From: Eledone cirrhosa
Lineage: Eukaryota
DNA length: 64,000 bases
Assembly: GCA_964016885.1 (NCBI GenBank)
Contig: OZ024759.1
Coordinates: 20,398,001 to 20,462,000 of the forward strand
Reading direction: 5' to 3'
Shown here: in pieces, positions 43,346-56,012 of the stretch
Layout: the number at the start of each line of letters is the position of its first letter
How positions within the stretch are numbered: the stretch's first letter is position 1
The notes under the pieces: generated by a model
Databases searched by the model: none
What the model was told of the DNA's origin: nothing
Seen by the model: the letters and a program-made list of their open reading frames with translations, nothing else
Translations under genes and position numbers: made by a program

Positions 43346-44332
43346 CAAACAGGCGCACACATACATAATACATATACATAAACATATACACAGGGACATA
43401 GACAAGCAGACACACACACAGGCACACATATGTAACTCATAGAAACACATATGCACCTACAGGCACACATACACAGAAGCACAAGTGAACATACAGGAAC
43501 ATACACAGGCACACACACACACACACACAGGCACACATACAGGCACTTAGACTCACAGATACAGCCACATAGGCACACACTAATACAGTTATACAGGCAC
43601 ATGCATACAAATATACACATACATTCACAGACATATATATTCACACAAACAGTATACACAGGCACGCACATAAATACACGCAGACACATACATTTACATA
43701 AACACATGCACTTCCTAGTACATCTAAGATAATTGCTAAGCTAAACACCCACGCAATCTCAAAGACATCTCTGTAGAGTTCCAGTCAGTACACATGAGAG
43801 TCGGCAGACTGGTTCCAGACCAGTTCCAACTGGTTTCAGCCAGTCAGTGTGTCCAATTAATCTGTCAAGTCATCACCAGTCATCATAGACAGACAAGCAC
43901 ACATATAACCCCACTATCAGGCTAAAATGTCTTTAATAAAGGAAAAAAAATAAGGCGAAAACTTCTATTTCTAGACATGGTCACTTGACCTGGCATTGCC
44001 CACAACAGGACAACCTGTCTAACCCATGCTAGCGTAGAAGAATGGCACACACATGGCAACTGTAGGTTCTTCTGGGACTTTCCATTGATTTGTTCTGGCT
44101 GTGTGTTCTCGGGTGTCTTTTAAAACCTCCCATGCTTGCACATTCCTTGCCACATTCCTTAGACCTTTCCATACATACATATACACATACGTATATATAT
44201 ATCAATGATCTCATCAGGTGAAAATGAATTGTCTTCAAATCCTTGATATGAGGGAGAAAATATGGGGGACAAAACTCTAGTGAGTGAACATCGTTAAATT
44301 TTCTTCCTCATATCAAGGATTTGAAGACAATT

Positions 44333-44417
44333 CATTTTCACCTGACAAGATCAGTGATAATCGATCATGGCTGCATGATCAATCTATCTCTTATTGAAAC
44401 TTGTCGTGATTAAAATG
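44333..44417 (+). ncRNA. Hammerhead-like motif, decayed core
   Basis: tcac-CTGACAA(44342-44348)-long stem II (gatcatg/catgatc)-GAAA(44396-44399)-cttg-TC-gtga. The inverted arm at 44211-44217 preserves the canonical CTGATGA. Confidence 0.65.
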
Positions 44418-44584
44418 ATTGGAAATTTATACCATACCTTTGGATCTTTATTTTGATACAAATACTCCGTTTTACATCATCTAGCTGTTCCCATAAATGG
44501 AATTGGAGATATACAAAAGCGTGGAGAACTTAATATTGCTAACAAAAATTTATTGGACCGTATGACACAACCAATAATACACCT

Positions 44585-44621
<37 letters not shown>

Positions 44622-45011
44622 TATATATATATAATATCCATTTATGTTTTGTGGTTCACCAATGAGTAGACCTGGTCATTCCGTTTAGTTAACCACGAGC
44701 AGAATGGCCCGGCGTTGCTTGGGATTCTAAACATAGATTGGCATGTTTATCCCTCCTTTCTGAAACAGTTTCGTCGTATGTTCACCAATTGATGCAGAAG
44801 TCCTAATAAAAAGTGAAGTCGCTTTGGGTGAATAGGCAAATAATTTCCGATTAAGATTTTTCAAAAGCATGTAATTGCGTTCCTTCTCTTTTTTGTTGTT
44901 GTTTTTGCTGCTGTCGAGCCTCGTGAAATAAATACGCTTGTTTATATTTTGTTATTGTGTATGCAAAAATATCTGTACACGAATATATAATTATATATAT
45001 ATATATAAATA

Positions 45012-45086
45012 ACAGATTAAATTTAAGCAAATAATCCCTGCTTTCACCCTTAACCGGATCTTCTGAAACTAAAAAAATCAATCTGT
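45012..45086 (-). ncRNA. Second copy of the CAGAAGA hammerhead-like motif
   Basis: Near-identical to 46292-46369 (aacagatta...ctgctttcacccttaac.ggatcttctgaaact...aatctgt). Confidence 0.55.
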
Positions 45087-45351
45087 GAATGCAGAAGTAA
45101 ATATTTCGAAAAACGTTACACACACTATATATATATATACACACACTATATTCACACACATATATTCACACACACACACACAGATAGCGTCATAATGTTG
45201 TAATGCAGACAGCCAGCCAGACATACAGACAGATATAATAAGGGCGCGACGTCGTAGCTATGTATCTATTAAAAAAAGTATGTAAACTTCCCCCCTTTGT
45301 ATTTGTCCCCTTCTTTTGTGCCCCTGTGGCTAATAAAGAAACATATCTATC

Positions 45352-45558
45352 TAAAAAAGACAGACTAAGAATTATAGAGAGAGATCGTAAATCGCCAAAT
45401 GCGGTCCCTAGGGCATTGAAAATTTGAAATATTATTTGCTCAAAACACTCACAGGACCCTAAGTATTACATGTGTAAAGTTTGAAAAAAATCGGTTGGAT
45501 GGTTCTCGAGTTTTAGGGAGTCAGACAGATAGACATTCTCTGTTTTAGATATATAGAT
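45352..45558 (+). mobile_element. Helentron/HINE (DINE-1-like) non-autonomous fragment, tentative
   Basis: tgtaaagtttgaaaaaaatcggttggatggttctcgagtttt...gacagatagac...tatatagat resembles the 3' architecture of DINE-1/HINE-type elements, from recollection. Confidence 0.4.
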
Positions 45559-45722
45559 GATGTAATAGGAGGAAAAGCACTCCATATGATGCAACTCATC
45601 CATTATTTTGATAGAATATATATATAATAGATTTAAAAGAAATGTTCGTAAATCTAGTAATGTAATCAAACTGTGGCTATTTATTTATTCATTTTATATA
45701 TATATTGTGTGTGTATATATGT

Positions 45723-45766
<44 letters not shown>

Positions 45767-45948
45767 ATGTAGTTGATGGATGAGATATAGGAAAACTCAA
45801 TGCTGAAGTAGTTTAAATATTCATTTATGATGGTTAAATGGTGAATCTTGTTACACTGGAGTTAAGCAGGTGAAACTCCAAAGTAACAAGACTCACTATT
45901 TACCCATAATAAATGAATATGTATACACACATACATATGTTCACATAC

Positions 45949-45994
<46 letters not shown>

Positions 45995-46291
45995 ACACAC
46001 ACATATACAATACATTCATACCAACCATATTTTTCCGTCTATAAGTGGTCTTTACTTGATTTTCTAGTCTATTTATAACAACCAACTGTTTTTACAGTTA
46101 TTTTACTGCATTTAATTTTCCCTATATTTTCTTGGAATATATGTATATGTATTATAAGAACAGATTCAAGTTTAATCAAAGAATTGCTGCTTTCACCCTA
46201 AAGGGGATCTTCTGTTTTTCTTATAACAAATATTTGCCCTACGTTTTTTTATATTTATATATATATATATATATATATATTTCTTAAAATA

Positions 46292-46369
46292 ACAGATTAA
46301 AGTTTAAGCAAAGAATCGCTGCTTTCACCCTTAACGGGATCTTCTGAAACTAAAAAAAAAATAATCTGT
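46292..46369 (-). ncRNA. Hammerhead-like motif with CAGAAGA core
   Basis: Minus strand: acagauua...aguuu-CAGAAGA-uccc(guuaa)gggu-GAA-Agca(gcgauucuu)ugcU-U-aaacu..uaaucugu. All three stems can form. Confidence 0.6.
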
Positions 46370-46817
46370 AAATGCAGAAGTAAATATTTAGAAAAACATT
46401 GCACCCGAAGGAAGACAAGAAGACGATACTTTGGTTCGTGGAGACGTTCCCTGGCAATGAACGGAAAAAAAGCGAAGATAAGGATTATATATATAATCCA
46501 TATCGAGCCCTCTTTGGATTTTAGTCTTCACATTTATTATTACTATATATATATATATCAAAGGTATATATTGAGTTAGGAACTCAAAATAGTTTCTTAC
46601 AATAAAATAGCTCTAAGAAAGAGACTTTTCGAGCCGTATATTATAATTGAATATAAAAGAAAAACGAACACAGATATATACACATATGTCTTCAAATCGC
46701 AAGGGACCAGAATTGCTAAGGTGAAAAGAATACTAACTATAGACAATAGGATTTGCTTGTCTCAATTTAAGAAAAAAACAAGAAAATAAATACAAACCAG
46801 AATTGTGGTAACTACCA

Positions 46818-46899
46818 ATCACCCAGACAACTTGGTGCTGTTTCGCAATACTAATTAATTGTGAATAGAAATACCAATTCTTGCTCATCAGTGGGTGAT
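46818..46899 (-). ncRNA. Type I hammerhead ribozyme, canonical core
   Basis: Minus strand reads atcaccca-CUGAUGA-gcaa...uugc-GAAA-cagc(accaa)guug-UC-ugggugau. This gives an 8-bp stem I, a 4-bp stem II base, a 5-bp stem III with loop and a GUC cleavage triplet. Confidence 0.88.
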
Positions 46900-47178
46900 G
46901 AATTAGTATCCTAGACACTTCTAAGTATATTAAGAAACTGAATAGTGTGCTATATATAATAACGCACATGGCATCTTAGCATGTCTCACAAACTTACACC
47001 ATATATATATATATATAGCCTTGAGTGTCCCAGGGTTTAGAATAGGTACACTGTGTTTCTGTGTGTCATAAGAGGTGACTACCAAAAGGGGTGGTACCAG
47101 GAAGGGTATTTGGCTGTACAACATTCTCACAACACCTAGTCTAAGCCCATGGAATGGGAAAATGAAAAATGTATTTAA

Positions 47179-47493
47179 TCCTTTAGCATTTAAACCTGCC
47201 ATATCTAGTCAGAATTCTCTCACCTCTTTCTGTTCAAACCGGCTGTAACTGGCCGCTCATGTTAGATATTGCTCTCAAAATAAATATCAAAATCTCATAG
47301 ATTCGATATTATGCGAGATAATTATGTAAAATAAATCCTTTACCACAAAAATACAATCCCGTATGGGCAAGACAAGGTCAGCCGACCGGGTACTGCCCAC
47401 AACAGGACAACCTGTCTAACCCATGCAGGTGTGAAAGAATGGACGTAAAACGGTGATGATATATATATATAGAGTAATGTAAATGCTAAAGGG
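47179..47493. mobile_element. piggyBac-type MITE copy (opposite orientation) with nested RTE-tail insertion
   Basis: TTAA flanks and TIRs are present. An insert at ~47358-47460 ends ...ggacgtaaaacggtgatgat. Confidence 0.8.
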
Positions 47494-47735
47494 TTAAAAA
47501 TGTTGATGATGATGATGATATATACTCTTCTACCTGTTCATAATAATAGTTGTGGCTATATCCTATGGCCACATACACTTGGTTGATTTATTCATGGGGA
47601 CGGACTTTGACTTTGTATTTATTCTAGACAAAAAATATATTAACCTTTAGCACCATTGAGTGTGACTGCCTCAAACAATTCAATTGGTACCTGCTCCACT
47701 GCAGCCACAACTATATATACCAAATATATATATAT

Positions 47736-47941
47736 AACAAAGGAGGTGTGGTAAGGAACCAGATGGGCGATAACGCACCAGAGTACTCAATACTTAGGGA
47801 AGTAGAGTGGGGAACAGGAAAATGTATGACCCCCAACGGCAGAGCTCAGGCCGTTTCAACGGCTATTTCTGGAAGTAATAGTCCAGAAATAGCCGTCGAA
47901 ATGGCTTGAGCTCTGCTGCAATCGGGGTCATACATTTTCCT
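47736..47941. mobile_element. Second copy of the fold-back element at 151-348
   Basis: Same leader (gtgtggtaaggaaccag...cagagtactc) and hairpin 47816-47941, flanked by (TA)n. Confidence 0.65.
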
Positions 47942-47992
47942 ATATATATCATCATCATCATCATCATCATTTAACGTCCATCTTCCACGCTA

Positions 47993-48046
<54 letters not shown>

Positions 48047-48061
48047 ATACACATATATATA

Positions 48062-48392
48062 TGGTAAAGACCCTTTTTGATCTCAAATGACGATGCAATT
48101 TGCAACAAGAAACTTCCCCTCCGAGGCACAAGTCTGGACAAGGTTATTTGTGTAAGACCAACAGTCGCCCATGCATATCAGTCTCCCGTTTTGTGCCACC
48201 AATGTTGTCCAAGGGAAAGGCAATGGCTGATACAGCTTGGCACCAGTGACATTGCCACTCATTTCTACAACTAGTAAACTAGAGCAACGTGAATTAAAGT
48301 GTCTTGCTGAAGGACACAATACATCATTCAGTCTGGGAATCACATACAACCTTACAATTGTAAGCCCAATGCTCTAATCACTAAGCCATGTG
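48062..48392 (-). mobile_element. CORE-like tRNA SINE
   Basis: The reverse strand starts catggcttagtgattagagc and contains 'gtgtccttcagcaagacacttt..ttcacgttgctc'. Related fragments lie at ~33650-33725 and ~38105-38212. Confidence 0.55.
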
Positions 48393-48489
48393 ACTATATA
48401 TACATAGTTAGTGTTTGTGTGTAGGTATATATGTTTATGTATATATATATATATATATATCCGTGTACATGTCTGTATGTATCTGTATG

Positions 48490-48532
<43 letters not shown>

Positions 48533-48671
48533 AGTATGAATGTATATGTCTATATGTGCAACCCATGCTAGCATGGAAGATAGACGTTAAACGATGATGA
48601 TGATGTGCATAAAGATGTATGTATATGTGTATATTTATATGTATGTGTATATATGTATATATGTGTGTGTG

Positions 48672-48702
<31 letters not shown>

Positions 48703-48707
48703 ATGTA

Positions 48708-48738
<31 letters not shown>

Positions 48739-50699
48739 TTTCATTCCTTTATTTATTAAATTACATATTTTCCATTAGCTCTATATAGATTAGATGTAAT
48801 ACAACTACAGTTTATATTAGCCTAGAGGCATGTCCTGGATGATTTCATGCTTGCAGTCTCAATTATACAACAAAACTGAGCAACATCCTCTTCCTCCTGT
48901 CCCCACCCTAACCTAACCCCCACCATAGCCTTCATCCCCCCACCTTTACTCTCACCTACACGATCAGATTTCTATCTGTTTTATTACAGAAATATTTCAT
49001 ATGGTTTTGGTTTCTTTCTTTTTTTTTTTTGAAAAATATTTCTGGTCTGTAAGCTTGGGTTGTTGGTGGTGTTGTGGTTGTGTTGTGGTTGTTGGTGGTA
49101 GTGGTGGTGGTGGTGGTGGTGTTGGTGGTAGTGTTGTTGGCTGGTCGTGTTGTGGTTGTGTTGTGGTTGTTGGTGGTAGTGATGTTGTGGTTGGTGTTGG
49201 TGGTGGTGTTGTTGGTGGTGATGTTGTTGGTTGGTGGTGTTCTGGTTGATGATAGTGATGTTGTGGTTGGTGGTGGTGGTGGTGGTGGTGTTGGTGTTGT
49301 TGGTGATGTTGTTGGTTGGTGGTGTTCTGGTTGGTGATAGTGATGTTGTGGTTGGTGTTGGTGTTGTTGGTGGTGTTGTTGGTAGTGATGTTGTGGTTGG
49401 TGGTGGTGGTGTTGGTGGTGGTGTTGTTGGTTGGTGGTGTTGTGGTTGGTGGTAGTGATGTTGTTGTTGTAGTTGGAGGTGGTGTTGTGGTTGTTGTTGT
49501 TGGTGGTGATGTTGTGGTTGTGTTGTGGTTGGTGGTAGTGATGTTGTTGCGGTGGTGGTGTTCTGGTTGGTGGTGGTGTTGTTGTTGTTGTGTTGTTGTT
49601 GGTGGTGTTTGGTGGTGTTTAGTGGTGTTGTGGTTGTTGGTGGTGGTGGTTTTGTGTTGTTATTGGTAGTGTTGGTGGTCGTATTGGTGTGGGTGTTGTT
49701 ATTAGTGATGTTTTTGTTGCTGTTGTTGCTGTTGTTGTTGTGGTTGTTGTTGGTGCTGTTGTTGGTGCTGTTGTTGCTGTTGTTGCTGTTGTTGTTGATG
49801 GTGTTGGTGTTGTTGAGGTTGTTTACATTTCTGCTGTCTATCTTGTTGTTTCTGCTGTTGTTGAAGTTGTTTACATTGCTGATGGAGTTTGTTCTTTTTC
49901 TTTGCTAAATAACGACAGTGGTAGTAGTAGTAGTAGTAGAAGTATTGGTATAAGCAATGAATACTGTAGTGGTAGTGTACTAATAGGTGTAGTAGTAATA
50001 GTGGTGATGGTGGTGGTAGCAGCAGTAGTAATAGTAGGTGTTGTAATACTGGTTGTGGTGGTATAGTTGTTGTATTTGTATTGGTAGTGGTAGTAGGTGC
50101 TGTAATAATATTGGTGGTAGTGGTAGTAATAGTACTAGGTGTTATGGTGTTGTAATGATATTGGTGGTAGTGGTATTAGTATTAGTAGTACTAGCTGTGA
50201 TGGTAGTAGTAGTTATGGTGGTCAGGTGGGGTGGTGGTGGTGGTGGTGTTGGAGTATGTTGTTTACAATAACAGTAATAACATCAACAACAATAACAACA
50301 TGGATAAGGATTTATTTTGAGAAAAATAATAAAATGATAAACGAAGATTTTTGAAATCATTTCCCCAAGGCAAGGATTTCTCTGTTAAAAATGTCCTAAA
50401 GCTGAGGAAGGATATAGTAAAATGGGATAACAACAGCAGCAACAACAACAATAACAACAAAGGTATCTGATTTAGGCACATGGCCAACAATTTTGCAGGA
50501 AGGGAAAGTCGATTAAATAGACACCAGTGCATTACTGGTACTTTATTTTATTAATCCCGTGGGATATAGTGAAAGATGAAGGAAAAGATAGAAGGAAAAG
50601 TTGAAGATGAAGGAAAAGATTGAAGGAAAAAGATAACGAAGGAAAAGATGAAGGAAAAAGATAACGAAGATGGAGGGAAAGATGGAAGGTAGAAGATGA

Positions 50700-51137
50700 A
50701 GGAAAAGATATGAAGAAGGAAAAGATATGAAGAAGGAAAAGATATGGAGAAGGAAAAGATATGGAGAAGGAAAAGATATGGAGAAGGAAAAGATATGAAA
50801 AAGGAAAAGATATGGAGAAGGAAAAGATATGGAGAAGGAAAAGATTGGAGAAGGAAAAGATTGGAGAAGGAAAAGATTGGAGAAGGAAAAGATTGGAGAA
50901 GGAAAAGATTGGAGAAGGAAAAGATTGGAGAAGGAAAAGATTGGAGAAGGAAAAGATTGGAGAAGGAAAAGATTGGAGAAGGAAAAGATTGGAGAAGGAA
51001 AAGATTGGAGAAGGAAAAGATTGGAGAAGGAAAAGATTGGAGAAGGAAAAGATTGGAGAAGGAAAAGATATGAAAAAGGAAAAGATATGAAGAAGGAAAA
51101 GATTGGAGAAGGAAAAGATATGAAGGAAAAGATATGG
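50700..51137. repeat. 16/17-bp purine-rich minisatellite (ggagaaggaaaagatt)
   Basis: Homogeneous 16-mers in the centre and 17-mer variants at both edges. Confidence 0.95.
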
Positions 51138-51379
51138 ACAAAAGGCAGAGAATGTTAGAAATAGCTTGGAGTTTGTAGGAAGTTTGACTTCAACTCTCCA
51201 GGAATATAATAAAATAAAGAAAAGTGGAAGAAAATGTTATGGAGCAATAATACCCAAGAGATATTAAATTAACACTTTAAAACATATATATAGAAAGAGA
51301 ACTAGATGACTAATATATGGTTATAGGTATAAATACTTTAGTTGTGTTACCAATAGACCTTAGATTAACTCTTAAAAAC

Positions 51380-51434
<55 letters not shown>

Positions 51435-52628
51435 GCTAAATAAGTATAAAACATGCATATATATATACACATATACAGCAAAATAAGTATAAAACATGCA
51501 TATATATATACACTAATATACACATATACAGCAAAATAAGTATAAAACATACATATATACACATATACAGCTAAATAAGTGTAAAACATAGATATATATG
51601 CACACTAATATACACTTAGATACATACACAGCTATATATGTATAAATCACACATATATACACACTCACACATATACACTGCTAAATAAGTATAAAACACA
51701 GACACTCATGTATTCACACGCTTGCACACACACGCTCACACACACTTGCACATATACGCTCGCACGCACACACTCACACTTACATGCTCATACACACACA
51801 CATTCACATATACATGCTCACACATACACACAATTAAATAAGTAAAAAGTTATATGTATAAATACTTTAGTTCTATTTGCAATAGAGCTTAAATTAACTC
51901 AGTTAAGACACACACACACAGACGCACATGCCCCCCCCCCACACACACACAGACGCACATGCCCCCCCCCACACACACAGACGCACATGCCCCCCCACAC
52001 ACATGCACACATACACGCACACACAGGCACACACATACACATATAAACACACACACACACACACACACACACACCGACACACACACACATTGACACACAT
52101 ACAAGCACACATACACACATATAGGCACACACACATACACACACCGACACACACACACAGGACTAAATAGATATAAAATTATAGGTATTAATACTTTAGC
52201 TGTGTTTGCAGTAGAGCCTAGATTAACGCGTTTAAAACACACACACACATACACACGCACAATTAAATAAGTAAAAAGTTATATGTATAAATACTTTAGC
52301 CATTCTAGTAACACACTTTAAACACACACACTAAAAGAACTAAATAAGTATAGCATTATAGGTATAAATACTTTAGTTGTCCTAGTAACAGCCGTAGACA
52401 TCCATACACACACACAACTAAATAGCTATAAAATTATAGGTATAAATACTTTAGCTCTACTAGCAATATAGCTTAGACTAACACACTTAAAAATACACAC
52501 ACAGACGCCACACATGCATACATAAACACACATGCATACATACATACACGCATACACACACACACACACACATGCACAGAACTAAAATATAAAGTTATAG
52601 GTATAAATACTTTTGACATACTTAAAGA

Positions 52629-52660
<32 letters not shown>

Positions 52661-52809
52661 GTATATATATACGCACTCATACACACATATACACAGAATT
52701 AAATAAATATAAAGTTATAGATATAAATACTTTTGATGTTTCAGTAACAGACCTAAGACACACACACACTTAAAGCACGCATACACATACACACTCGTAC
52801 ACACTCGTA

Positions 52810-52843
<34 letters not shown>

Positions 52844-53546
52844 CAGAAATGAAATATAAAGTTATAGGCATAAATACTTTAGGTATTCTTACCAAAATTA
52901 TTAGATTAACACATTCAGAACAAAGAAACTAAATGACAAATTTAATGTTACGGGTAAATACTTTACCTCTGCTAGCTATAGACATTAGATTTTACACTTT
53001 AAAATACACACACACACAGAAATATCATCACTAAATAACAAAAGTAAGATTACAGCTATACATACTTTAGCTGTGTTAGATTAACACTTTAAAACACAAC
53101 ACACAGAGAAAATTAAACGACAAATATAAAATTATAGCTATAAATACTTTAGCTGTGCAAGCAAAAAGTTACTAGTTATGTCAGTCTGAACTGGAAGTTA
53201 AATGAATTAGCAAGGACTTATTTGTGAACAACAAGGAAAAGGTAACCTAAAATGTTTAGAGATGTTTTATCTCTAAATAACTGAAACTACATATATAAGG
53301 AACTGTGGAAACAGGGAAGAATATATTTACTTCAAGAAATATTTTTTTTTTTTCTAGAACTATGTTCTGTAAGACTATATAATCTATTCTTTGCCAGATG
53401 ATTTAAGTTTGAGGGACTAATACCAAAATAGAGCAGTGAATTGGTAGAATATAAAATGAAATTTTTAAAATTATATTTCTGATGAAACACACTGCCTATA
53501 ATTGTAATACCATTTTAAAAATAATGAAACATTTGTAAGGATTTAA

Positions 53547-53766
53547 CCCTTTAGCATTTACGTTACTCTATATATACTATTGTATTTTCATGGTAAAGGC
53601 TTTATCTCACATACATATCACACATAATATCGAATCTACGAGATTTTGATATTATTTATTTTGAGAACAATACCTTCACCTAAGTATAATTGGCCAGCTA
53701 CAGCTGGTTTGACAGAAAGAGGTGAGAGAATTCTGGCTGGATATGCCTGGTTTAAATGCTAAAGGG
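53547..53766. mobile_element. piggyBac-type MITE, ~220 bp, intact
   Basis: TTAA-CCCTTTAGCATTTA...TAAATGCTAAAGGG-TTAA. The 14-bp TIRs begin CCC and have TTAA target duplications. Confidence 0.85.
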
Positions 53767-55360
53767 TTAAACAATAAAAGTAAGATTACAGCTATAAATA
53801 CTTTAGCTGTGTTAAATTAACACTTTCAAACACAACACAGAAAGAAAATTAAGTGACAAATATAAACTTATAGCTATAAATACTTTAGCTGTGCAAGCAA
53901 TAACTTACAAATTATGTCAGTCTGAACTGGAAGTTAAATGAATTAGCAAGGACTTATTTGGAACAAGGAAAGGAAAGGGTAACCTAAAATGTTTGGACAT
54001 TTTTTAAACTTTAAATAGCTAAACTGAAACAATATAGGGAACTATGAAAACAGGGAAAGTATAGAATTATTGTAACGCTTCCACGACTGTATTTCTAATG
54101 AAATACTCTATTGCAATTAATGAATGAAGAAGATTGAGGGATTTACTAAAATTATTCTTTATTTCATTACTAAGATAGTACCTTAATGTAAGGTTCTTAT
54201 ATAAAAATATGTAGGAGGATTTTAATTTTAATGGAAATCTTTAAAATGGGTGGTTTTATTTCATAGAATCAGAACTGGCTGGGTTGGTTACAAAAGGGTT
54301 AAGGAATTGTTTTCTGTTTCATGGGGGTTTGCTATCAAATAGTTAAGCTGCTGTTTGAAATATAACTTAACAAAGGTTCTTACATAAAATTACAATGCAT
54401 GGTTTTTAGATAAATACAAACATTTAAAACCCTTTCATTGCTATATTTCAAATGAAACACACCACCTGTAATTTTCAAATCAATTTGAAAATAATCAAGT
54501 ATTTGGAAGGATTGAGTAAAATAATTTGTTGGCTTTGTGTCAAAGTTTGGAACATAACTTAACAAAGGTTCTTGCTTAAAATTATGGTTCAAGATTCTTC
54601 AGATAAATATTAACACTTTAATAACCATTGTCATATCATATTTCTAATGAAAGACGCTGCCTATAATTTCCAAATCCCTTTGAAAATAATCAAGAATTTA
54701 GTAAAATAACTTTCTCATTATTAAGCTGATGTTTGGAACATAAAAAAGATATCAGTAATTATGTGATAATGTCGCAAGTTTTTTTTAGATAAATACAAAC
54801 ACTTTTGTTTTCAGTAAAAATATGAAGCACATTTAAACAATTGAGTATCAAAATCTCAGTGTCATGAAAATTTATTGACATTATATAAAAATAGAGCAGT
54901 ATCTATTAAAAATAAAATGCACAATTGAAGGGAACAAAAAAAAGGAAGTAAAAATAAAAGAAAGGGATCAACAAAAGAGAAGGAGATGGACAGTCACTAC
55001 ACCCCAGTATGAGCAGTGTCTCAGCCATGCTCTGTGGATAAAATGGCAGAGGTGCTACCATAGAAAATGGTCAGAGACAACTGCAACAACAAGCAAAGCA
55101 CTCCACCTCACAGGGCTCCCTCCACATGCAGGTTGCTGTTTTTCTGGCTTTATGGAGGAAATCAGCAATATGGGGTCCAAGGACAGCAGAGGTCTTGATG
55201 AAGGCCTCTACAAATAGGAAGTGGTCAGTCAGGCCCCCAGTATTTGAAAACTTTTCTTCCACAGGCAGACCACCGTCTTTCTGACTTTACAGTGCAGGGA
55301 CGAAGAAGGCCAGAGGTCTCGATGGAGATTGGTATAAATAGGAAGTGGTCGGTCAGGTCC

Positions 55361-56012
55361 TGGTATTTGAAAACTGTTCTTCTTCAAGTAGGCAGCAGTG
55401 CAGGGACCAAGGATGCCGAAAGTCATGACAGAGACTGATACGAAGAGGAAGCAATCGGTCAGTCCTTGATATTTGAAAACCTTTCTTCTTCAAGTGGGCA
55501 GCAGTGCAGGGACCAAGGATGCCGAAAATCATGACAGAGACTGATACGAAGAGGAAGCAATCGGTCAGTCCTTGATATTTGAAAACTTTTCTTCTTCAAG
55601 TGGGCAGCAGTGCAGGGACCAAGGATGCCGAAAGTCATGACAGAGACCGATATAAAGAGGAAGCAATCGGTCAGTCCATGGTATTTGAAAACCTTTCTTC
55701 TTCAAGTGGGCAGCAGTGCAGGGACCAAGGATGCCGAAAGTCATGACAGAGACCGATATAAAGAGGAAGCAATCGGTCAGTCCATGGTATTTGAAAACCT
55801 TTCTTCTTCAAGTGGGCAGCAGTGCAGGGACCAAGGATGCCGAAAGTCATGACAGAGACCGATATAAAGAGGAAGCAATCGGTCAGTCCATGGTATTTGA
55901 AAACCTTTCTTCTTCAAGTGGGCAGCAGTGCAGGGACCAAGGATGCCAAAAGTCATGACAGAGACCGATATAAAGAGGAAGCAATCGGTCAGTCCATGGT
56001 ATTTGAACATTT
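55361..56012. repeat. 106-bp tandem repeat, ~6 near-identical units
   Basis: Unit starts at 55361, 55467, 55573, 55679, 55785 and 55891. Older diverged units lie upstream (~55130-55360). Confidence 0.95.

Noticed and set aside
44650-44880. Possible further hammerhead remnants (tcaccaatgag...gaaacag; caattgatgc...aaaagcatgtaattg)
   Set aside because: Too many core mismatches to distinguish from chance.
47546-47714. 12-bp inverted repeat atagttgtggct...agccacaactat as MITE TIRs
   Set aside because: Single occurrence in the window and ambiguous target duplication.
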